A stretch of 36,265 bases of DNA from Promethearchaeota archaeon. Its GTDB lineage: Archaea > Asgardarchaeota > Lokiarchaeia > Sigyniarchaeales > SOKP01. How positions within the stretch are numbered: the first letter of the stretch is position 1; each line of letters starts with the position of its first letter. The DNA lies in assembly GCA_048940925.1 (NCBI GenBank), contig JBHLOC010000046.1:1-36265 (forward strand), in the 5' to 3' direction. The notes beneath the pieces were generated by a model. That model had not been told where the DNA came from, did no database searches, and worked only from the letters and a program-made list of their open reading frames with translations. The position numbers and the translations under genes were made by a program. Positions 29,273 to 36,265 of the stretch are shown here, in pieces.

Positions 29273-29374
29273 ATATGAAAATCTTACGTTTAGAAAATCA
29301 GATTTAAAAATATTTTCTTTTTTTACCCTTGACTTTCTGGTAATGAGTCTGACGTTAATTATTTTTAGTTATAA

Positions 29375-30355
29375 TTAGGGTATTTTATTAAGTTTATTTA
29401 GTAGTATAGAAGCATCTTTCATTGTTAGGGCTAATCCTTCCATTAACTTGATGAATTTCTCGGAAAAATATATTTTGCCTTCAAATGGTTTTTCTTTACT
29501 TATTTCTATTATTTCTTTTAAATTTAAAATGTTTTTTTTATCAATTTCTATTCCTAATTTATCAATGTAAATTCTATTTAATTCTTCAAGTGATTCATCA
29601 ACCGTTATTTTAGAATAAATCCAATAGTTTGATGGCGCTTTTTCCTCAGCCCTTCGTTTTTGAGCTTCTTCTATCTTTTTCATTCTTAGTTGCTCTTTCT
29701 TTTTTAGTTCTATAGGATCCTCATACTCCATAACAAATTTTTTAAATTTGTTTAAATATGATTCTGCCTCACTGATACTAACAACATTCGAAAAAAGAAT
29801 AACGATAGTTAGGACGTTGTCTTCCACATTTAGAAATTCGGTAATTATTTTTTGATTATTATCTAATTCAAAGATCATTTTTTTTAATTTAATTTCCTGA
29901 TCTACTTTTTGAAGCTCAAATTGGTTTATCATATTAAGAAATATTTCATCTGGTAAGGAAAAATATAAAACACTTCCTTTTTGATTAAATAGACTACCAC
30001 CCAAAATTATTTTTTCTTCCTCATCATTCTTTAATTTGCTAATAATGTTTTTAATGACTAAAGATACTGCATATGTAGCAATATCATCAACTATTTTAGT
30101 CCCTGTTTCATAAATTTCTAGATTTGTTAATTCAAGATCAGCGTTTTGATAACCTCTCACACAGAACCATTTATCTATATATGCTTGAAAGCTATGTTCA
30201 CACATGTAATTTGGAGGAACTGAAACTGTTAAAAGAGTTTTATAATTTTGCACTACTTTTTTAGGTATTTTAACTAATTCTGTTGCATTACATATAGGAC
30301 AGATTAATTTTATTTCTTTTATGTCTTCCTTATAAATTTCATCCTCTTTTAACAT
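29375..30355 (-). CDS. Asgard-type protein: N-terminal Zn-binding domain, roadblock/longin/profilin-like domain and coiled coil
   Basis: CPIC...CEHSFQAYIDKWFCVRGYQ, then ILGGSLFNQKGSVLYFSLP, then the charged helix ELKKKEQLRMKKIEEAQKRRAEEK. Confidence 0.5.
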   Translation of the reverse strand: MLKEDEIYKEDIKEIKLICPICNATELVKIPKKVVQNYKTLLTVSVPPNYMCEHSFQAYIDKWFCVRGYQNADLELTNLEIYETGTKIVDDIATYAVSLVIKNIISKLKNDEEEKIILGGSLFNQKGSVLYFSLPDEIFLNMINQFELQKVDQEIKLKKMIFELDNNQKIITEFLNVEDNVLTIVILFSNVVSISEAESYLNKFKKFVMEYEDPIELKKKEQLRMKKIEEAQKRRAEEKAPSNYWIYSKITVDESLEELNRIYIDKLGIEIDKKNILNLKEIIEISKEKPFEGKIYFSEKFIKLMEGLALTMKDASILLNKLNKIP

Positions 30356-30456
30356 ATTATATCAACTTAGCTCTTCTTTAAAAATATATTTTTTTTTTAG
30401 TTTTCATTTTTTATTTTTATTTAAAATTTATGTAGAATAGCCCATAATAATAATGT

Positions 30457-30813
30457 TTATATTGGCATATAAAATTTACATAACGAGCATTGACTAGCTC
30501 TCAATCTTCTTTCTGGTCCTAAAATAATAAGCTTTTCTTTCATGTTCCCTCCACATTTAGGACAACTTTTAGCAAAATTTTCTTTTATTGAATTTAATAC
30601 CTTTTGTATACCTTTCTCTAAATTAAGTAATTCATTAGCATTTTCGATAATTTGACCAGCAGATATCATCCCTATCCCCTTGATCCAAGCTAATTCTTCA
30701 GGTTTGGATTTAGCAATTTCTTCAATAGATTTAATACCTGCATTTACTAATCGCTCTGCTGCCGTTGGTCCAATTCCTCTTACTCGTATTAATTCTTCAA
30801 TCATAAATGACAT
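30457..30813 (-). CDS. Tandem helix-hairpin-helix (RadA/Rad51 N-terminal-like) protein with C-terminal Zn ribbon
   Basis: VRGIGP.AAERL..AGI.SIEEIA and IKGIG..SA..II HhH motifs; CPKCGG...CSLC. Confidence 0.75.
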   Translation of the reverse strand: MSFMIEELIRVRGIGPTAAERLVNAGIKSIEEIAKSKPEELAWIKGIGMISAGQIIENANELLNLEKGIQKVLNSIKENFAKSCPKCGGNMKEKLIILGPERRLRASQCSLCKFYMPI

Positions 30814-30965
30814 GGCATTAAAGTTTCAAAATATTTTCAATACACATAAAAAAAATCTATTAACATGCCTAATATTATTTCTGTAATTTCAATTATTTTA
30901 ATAATATAATGTTATTTCCAAAAAATAAAATTTAAGATGCAAAAAAATAATAAAAAAAAAGTAAG

Positions 30966-31700
30966 TTATTTCTCTAATTGTCGTCCTACTCCAGAATACA
31001 TTAAATAACCACCAGAAATCGCAAGTAAAAGACCTATAATCCCCATGACTAATCTGATGTTAATATCATAAGAAGCTAAGAAATTAGAGAGGAAAATTCC
31101 ATACATAAAAATGATTAATGCACAAAAACCGAATATAAAGAATTTCCATTTCTTTTTCAATTGTTCATCTTCAAATTTATTGTAAATTTTGAATGATAAG
31201 TACAATTTTGGACCTACAGCAAACAGAGATACACCAATAATCAAATACAAGAAAAAAGGTAAAGACCATTCAGGCGACCAGTCAGTATCTGCGTTAAGAG
31301 TAATTCCCCAATCGGGCGTTTCGATAAAAAATATCATACAAAATATGAAAATCCCAAAGCCGATAAGAATTAATAATTGTTTAAAAGTATTAATGACTTT
31401 TTCAGACTTAAGTAAAATTAAATCGAACACCACTAAAAATATAGGAGAATAAAAAATACCGAAATTTGTAATATAGTTCAAATACTTTACAACCGTTTCA
31501 TCAGCGAGGGGAGCATATATAAAATTAAAAAATAATCCAATGACGGCAGAAAGATAAAAACCTGCGAAAATTAAATTAATTCTTTTCCTATCACGTTTGA
31601 GAATTCTATAAGCTAAATAAGCGAACCATGCACATACTAGCCCCTGAGCAACATATACTGTTAAAGCTCTAGTTACAGTTAATTGATATATTAAAAACAT
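30966..31700 (-). CDS. Stand-alone 7TM membrane protein (HisKA_7TM-like sensor fold?)
   Basis: Seven hydrophobic segments, a polar loop after TM4 (DWGITLNADTDWSPEWS) and basic KKKWK before TM6. No cytoplasmic output domain. Confidence 0.6.
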   Translation of the reverse strand: MFLIYQLTVTRALTVYVAQGLVCAWFAYLAYRILKRDRKRINLIFAGFYLSAVIGLFFNFIYAPLADETVVKYLNYITNFGIFYSPIFLVVFDLILLKSEKVINTFKQLLILIGFGIFIFCMIFFIETPDWGITLNADTDWSPEWSLPFFLYLIIGVSLFAVGPKLYLSFKIYNKFEDEQLKKKWKFFIFGFCALIIFMYGIFLSNFLASYDINIRLVMGIIGLLLAISGGYLMYSGVGRQLEK

Positions 31701-32037
31701 ATTAAAAACACATATATTCTTAATTTTATTTTAATATAGAATTTGTTAATGTAATGTAACAATCTTTCATTCTATATTTATTATTTTGTGGTTAAAAGAT
31801 TATTTTTTCTTCTCTTCATAAAATTAAAGTCTTATTTACTCTTTTATTACAGCTGTATAATTGCAATAAAATATGAGTTTAACCTATACTCTATACCGAT
31901 ATATTCCCTGAGAATCTTTTTTAAGGACGTTAAATGCCCTTATCTTACTCATATTTAATAAAAACACAACTCTTATTTGATTTAGAATACAGGATGAAAT
32001 CAAATGAAAATAGAAAATGAAAATAATCCTTAATCTG

Positions 32038-32232
32038 TCATTTTTCCCGCCACTCAGTCCCGCATGCACCACAGCGGTATTTATAACCATAGACTCTTGG
32101 ATAATCATTTATGATCCTTGTCTTATCAACAGATTCATGTATCATATACTTATTTTCTTCTCCACAAGAAGGACATTTCCTACGTCCCTCAACTTTCTCA
32201 ATAGTGAGTATATCATCTGGTTTTTCTTCCAT
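32038..32232 (-). CDS. Small Zn-ribbon protein
   Basis: CPSCG...CGACG. ATG at 32232 is preferred because GGAGTTGA lies 8 nt upstream. Confidence 0.7.
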   Translation of the reverse strand: MEEKPDDILTIEKVEGRRKCPSCGEENKYMIHESVDKTRIINDYPRVYGYKYRCGACGTEWREK

Positions 32233-32295
32233 CTCAAATTTCAACTCCTATTTCGTAAAAGTAATAATTATATTTTAAATTGTTTTATATTATTT

Positions 32296-32904
32296 TTATA
32301 ACTTTTCTTTTAACAGTTCTGCTCCATATTTTTGAGCTTGTTCATACAAATCGGAATTTGAAAACTGAAATCTAAAAATAAAATCATCAAGAATTTTCGT
32401 GTAAATCTCAATTATATCTTTAGATTTATTATAGATTTCAAAGCAATAAATTACACCAAGCTCTTTTGTTTTTTTTTTTAAATTATATCTACTGATCCTT
32501 AAATTATTAGGTGGTGGGATGTTAAAAATTTGAGAAATGTCCATTCCAACAAGGACAGATATACCTTGAAATGAGAAAGTTTCATTAAATTCATTAATTA
32601 TTTCTTCATTATAATCATGAACTGAGCTTGGATCATTTAAATTTATAGTAAGAATTAACACATCAAGTTTTTCAATTCTATTAAAATCATAAATTAATTG
32701 ATCTATATCTTCTGCTAAAAATATCTTAGTTTTGATTGGGATTCGTTTAAAAACTAAGAAAAATTCAGAATATTCTTCATAAGTTTTTGATTCAATAGCA
32801 CTTTCTTTTATATAATCTAAAAAAATCTCTTTCCTTGAACCTTTTGAGCCAACAATTCCGATCCTTAAGCTATAGCTTATTTTCTTCAAGCTATGTCTTT
32901 CCAA
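32296..32904 (-). CDS. Degenerate Ras/Rab-like small GTPase-fold protein
   Basis: LRIGIVGSKGSRKE (P-loop-like), DVLILTINLNDPSS, VLVGMD (G4 position) and YCFEIYNK (G5 position) with Rab-like spacing. Confidence 0.6.
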   Translation of the reverse strand: MERHSLKKISYSLRIGIVGSKGSRKEIFLDYIKESAIESKTYEEYSEFFLVFKRIPIKTKIFLAEDIDQLIYDFNRIEKLDVLILTINLNDPSSVHDYNEEIINEFNETFSFQGISVLVGMDISQIFNIPPPNNLRISRYNLKKKTKELGVIYCFEIYNKSKDIIEIYTKILDDFIFRFQFSNSDLYEQAQKYGAELLKEKL

Positions 32905-32996
32905 AAATAGTTATTACTGTTCTTAATTTATTATTCTTAATAAATAAATTTAGTGGGATTTTTTAGAGTAATATTGACTAAGACTTACTTAATACA

Positions 32997-33923
32997 ATGT
33001 TAGTAATCTATTTAGAATTAATTATTATGATTATAATATGGAGTTTTTCATTCGTATTAGTAGATATTGCTGTGCAATTTATCTCCCCTTTATCACTTGC
33101 GTTATATCGATTTATTATCGCATCTGTTTCATTTATTATAATTGATTTTTACTTGAAATTTTGCAGATCAAAAGAAAAGAATGAGAATAATAACCATAGT
33201 GAAAAATGTAAATTCTCGAGAAATGAATGGATATTACTAATATTAGCAAGTTTCACAGGTGTTTCCCTTTTTTTCTTTGCTCAATATACAGCAATAGAAA
33301 TAATCGGTCCTTCGCTTCCTGCTTTATTTGTATGTTTATTAGCACCTGTGGCAATAGCTATCCTAGCATTGATCCTTTTTAATGAGAAATTAAATATCCA
33401 AAAGATACTAGGATTTGTTATTGCAACATTCGGTGGGTTTCTCTTAGTAACAGGAGGTAATTTAGAAACGTTGACTCCTACATCTCCTAATTTTCTTGGT
33501 TATTTACTAGCGCTTTTAACTCCTCTTCTATGGGCAATTTATTCAACAATAACAAAAAAATTGACTAAGAATCGTTCAACCAATGTATTAAATAAATATA
33601 TATCATATCTTGGTCTTATCGAATTAACAATCTTCATGTTGCTTAATGGAGAACTTATAGATTTCTTTACTAAATTTTTAAACATCACTTTATTATTATC
33701 TGCTTTATATTTAGGTTTAGGATGTTATGTTTTAGGTTATTTTGTATGGCAGAATTCGCAAAAAAATTTAAAATCATCGAAAGTTGCTTCATTTTTGTAT
33801 ATTGAACCTTTTCTTACGCTTTTATTTTCAGCTTTACTTCATAGAACTGAAACTATTGTATTTTGGAATATTGTAGGAGGTGTAATTGTTTTAGTTGCAG
33901 TCCTTATTATTAATTATAAATAA
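32997..33923 (+). CDS. DMT/EamA family transporter
   Basis: IWSFSF, LYRFIIA, LAPV..FNEK, WAIYS and FLYIEPF; two EamA repeats. Confidence 0.9.
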   Translation: MLVIYLELIIMIIIWSFSFVLVDIAVQFISPLSLALYRFIIASVSFIIIDFYLKFCRSKEKNENNNHSEKCKFSRNEWILLILASFTGVSLFFFAQYTAIEIIGPSLPALFVCLLAPVAIAILALILFNEKLNIQKILGFVIATFGGFLLVTGGNLETLTPTSPNFLGYLLALLTPLLWAIYSTITKKLTKNRSTNVLNKYISYLGLIELTIFMLLNGELIDFFTKFLNITLLLSALYLGLGCYVLGYFVWQNSQKNLKSSKVASFLYIEPFLTLLFSALLHRTETIVFWNIVGGVIVLVAVLIINYK

Positions 33924-33940
33924 AAAAAAGATAACTATAA

Positions 33941-34687
33941 TTATTTTAGTCCAATAATTTTTTTCATCCATTTGGGCATAATAAAACCAATATAATAAAA
34001 CAAACTTGAAAGCAAAAGAAATGTTCTGAAGATAACTAATGTGATTGGATTTAATGGTAAGAATCCATCTCCTATTGCTCCAATTGCAAATAAATTAAAT
34101 GATAATATTAAAAATCTACCTTTCCATTTAATTTCTGGATTATCTTTTATTTTCAACGAAGCAATAGAGAAATCATTTCCTGTAACAGTACTTATTATTA
34201 ATGAAAACGCGAGAAATACAAGAACAAAACCTGTATAATCAATATCAATTGGATTTCTTTTAATACCTATTAAGTTCTCCACTGGATCACCCAGGGCAAA
34301 AAGGAAAACAAATACATATATATAAAATACTATTGAAATAGCTATTATAATTATTGTGACAAGTTTTTTCTGTTTAGGATGCAAAGTTGGCATATAGATT
34401 TGTAGCCAAGAATATAGAGCAATAGGTACACCAATAGTACCTAATAAGACATAGACAGGATAAATAATTTCCTCACGAGTAAATAACCAATAAATATAAC
34501 CAAAACCACTTGGATACCAAGGTGAGATAGTAAATATCACAGCAAAGAAGAAAAAATAAAGCAACTTTTCTCTAAATTTTATAGCTTTATATAGGGTAAT
34601 TCCACCATATAACCAACCTAATATTACGGAGAAAAATCCAAAAATTCCAGAAATTTGGGTTAGAAGTTCCAATTCAACCATTTTCAT
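33941..34687 (-). CDS. Stand-alone 7TM membrane protein (Asgard-expanded type)
   Basis: Seven hydrophobic segments, IKWKGRFL before TM6 and C-terminal IGFIMPKW. Size and layout are like 30966..31700. Confidence 0.6.
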   Translation of the reverse strand: MKMVELELLTQISGIFGFFSVILGWLYGGITLYKAIKFREKLLYFFFFAVIFTISPWYPSGFGYIYWLFTREEIIYPVYVLLGTIGVPIALYSWLQIYMPTLHPKQKKLVTIIIIAISIVFYIYVFVFLFALGDPVENLIGIKRNPIDIDYTGFVLVFLAFSLIISTVTGNDFSIASLKIKDNPEIKWKGRFLILSFNLFAIGAIGDGFLPLNPITLVIFRTFLLLSSLFYYIGFIMPKWMKKIIGLK

Positions 34688-34954
34688 TCAACTCATTATA
34701 ATTATAGTAAAAAAAGTTATTTCATAATTATTTAATATGTGAATGTTTAATATATATCCATACTTCTTTTATCAGTTTCCTCAGTTATTTATTAACTGTT
34801 AAATATTAGAAATTGATTCAATAAAAAAAACATGTATAAATACAATTTATACAATAACTAAATTAGAGTATTTATATTACGGTAAGACTTCAAAATCAGG
34901 CAACTAGAACAAGATTTTAAAATTATAGTATCTCCCTGTTTTTATTATTTTTTA

Positions 34955-36112
34955 TTATAATTTAAAGAGTTCATATTTTGAACTACATGGATAGCTATCA
35001 GTAACCCAGAATTCCCTTTTAGTTGGCAATACAATTATTGATCCTAAGGTTCCCGCAGAAGGTCCATGAGTACAGATTGTGAAATCATCAGGCTCTCTAT
35101 TATCATGATCGCTCAAAATGCTTTTAATTGTATTCATAGCAATTTTCCCATGATGCTCTTTTAATAGCTCAATTTCTCTCTTATAACGTTTTATTGGAGA
35201 TTCAATAGGATTTATATCCATATCATCCATTTTGAATCTGACATACTCAGGTAGATTCGCATCTTTAAGTTCTTCTGTTTGGTAATGGTTAGTGTGTGCT
35301 AAAATTCCATCGACAGGATAGCGAATTGCATGGCGTGTACTTGTAGTTTCCACAACACATGCATCTCCAGAAACATCCATAAGTCCATAATGGCATCCAT
35401 TTGAACGTCCAGTAAATTTTGTTATAAAATCAACAGCTTCTTGGGTATTTGCACATGTTTCTAGAACTTTTAATACGATAAAGGTACCAGGAATACCTTT
35501 TAACCTAAAATCAAGAGGTTCTTTCTTCCAAGAACGACCATAATTATAACCAATTGTTAATCCTTTCTCATTAATTCCCATATGACAGCCAATTAGAGGA
35601 TAATGAGTGAAATTCAGATTTCTATAACCCTCGTCAGGCATCTCTTTACGAACTATTTGAAAAGGTTGAAGAACATTGGGAAAATCATAATTTCGTCCAA
35701 ATATCATGGTATTATTTATAGTAGCATCTGGAAGAGCAAATAACATCGAACATGCTGGTACGGGTGGATTTTTATACATAGATTTTGGGTTTCCTGACAT
35801 GACTTCTATAAAATGAGCCCCATAAATTATTCCTTCTTTTACATCCGCTCCTTTACACAATTCTTTCATCCTTGTAAAGTGATTAGGTAGATGGGTTTGT
35901 AAAGCTTTTTTCAAATTCTTTTTAGCCATAATACCCAATCCAAGCTTAATTATTGAGAGGGGAATGAATTTAGAGGTTACTTCAGAAAATATTTTTGAGT
36001 GAAAAACAATATCAAACATATTATGAATTTTTTCTTTCAATAAAGCTCCCTGTTGGAAACCCATCTCAACAGAATTACCCTTTAACTCAATAAAGTCAAC
36101 CAATATAACCAT
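34955..36112 (-). CDS. Peptidase C45 family Ntn-hydrolase (acyl-CoA:6-APA acyltransferase-like)
   Basis: G.QQG pro-region, A|CS candidate nucleophile, GRNYDF, GINEKGL and HTNHY. Confidence 0.88.
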   Translation of the reverse strand: MVILVDFIELKGNSVEMGFQQGALLKEKIHNMFDIVFHSKIFSEVTSKFIPLSIIKLGLGIMAKKNLKKALQTHLPNHFTRMKELCKGADVKEGIIYGAHFIEVMSGNPKSMYKNPPVPACSMLFALPDATINNTMIFGRNYDFPNVLQPFQIVRKEMPDEGYRNLNFTHYPLIGCHMGINEKGLTIGYNYGRSWKKEPLDFRLKGIPGTFIVLKVLETCANTQEAVDFITKFTGRSNGCHYGLMDVSGDACVVETTSTRHAIRYPVDGILAHTNHYQTEELKDANLPEYVRFKMDDMDINPIESPIKRYKREIELLKEHHGKIAMNTIKSILSDHDNREPDDFTICTHGPSAGTLGSIIVLPTKREFWVTDSYPCSSKYELFKL

Positions 36113-36265
36113 TCTCCTTTGTTATTAAAAGTTAGTGTAAATAATAATTTAAATAGTTGTTACAACTTCTTTTCTTTTAATCTGCATAATCTGATATTGG
36201 ATATACCATAAATATCCCCTAATAAGTTTTAATATATACTATGTTTCTTAAAAATATAAAATAAT

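Noticed and set aside
31869-31956. 10-bp inverted repeat (AAATATGAGT/ACTCATATTT) as a MITE, plus ORF 31884..32108
   Set aside because: The repeat is short, AT-rich and single-copy with no clear target duplication. The ORF overlaps the better-supported Zn-ribbon gene.
2317-34238. Short overlapping or antisense ORFs in the track (e.g. 2317, 2833, 2843, 5025, 5930, 6727, 6994, 9247, 9408, 15863, 16407, 17788, 20531, 20905, 22480, 25654, 27187, 27330, 29190, 30680, 31189, 32017, 34041)
   Set aside because: They are shadows of well-supported genes and carry no recognisable motifs.
30966-34687. 7TM proteins as microbial rhodopsins
   Set aside because: Neither has a retinal-binding Lys in TM7 or rhodopsin TM3 motifs.

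Overview
AT-rich, gene-dense archaeal chromosomal DNA that looks like an Asgard (Lokiarchaeia-type) genome. This assignment is inferred from the longin/roadblock-like and Rab-like proteins, the orphan 7TM proteins, the CPxC..CEH.FQ.YID Zn domain, GGTGA/GGAG-type RBSs and oligo-T 3' ends. No rRNA, tRNA, CRISPR or transposase was seen. The left and middle parts are catabolic: ADP-forming acyl-CoA synthetase alpha, three NMO/FabK-family flavoproteins, an FGGY kinase, a class III aminotransferase, two M29 aminopeptidases, DUF2804, MFS transporters and a GGR-like oxidoreductase. The most notable locus (12.6-19 kb) is a glycyl radical enzyme (GRE) with an atypical Cys loop (GCVDMC), its ferredoxin-containing activase, a KDPG/KHG aldolase and a GPH-type sugar transporter. 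It also holds scars missing from the ORF track: the C-terminal stump of a second GRE and two other gene fragments. The right part has a missed 51-aa ribbon-helix-helix gene with a phased TGGATA x4 upstream array. It also has a co-directional cluster of Asgard-type proteins: degenerate Rab-like GTPase, Zn-ribbon, 7TM, HhH-Zn and Zn-roadblock-like. A single-pass receptor-like protein with a cytoplasmic longin-like plus wHTH tail lies at 6.4-8.6 kb. All family calls come from motif recognition by eye; no searches were run.
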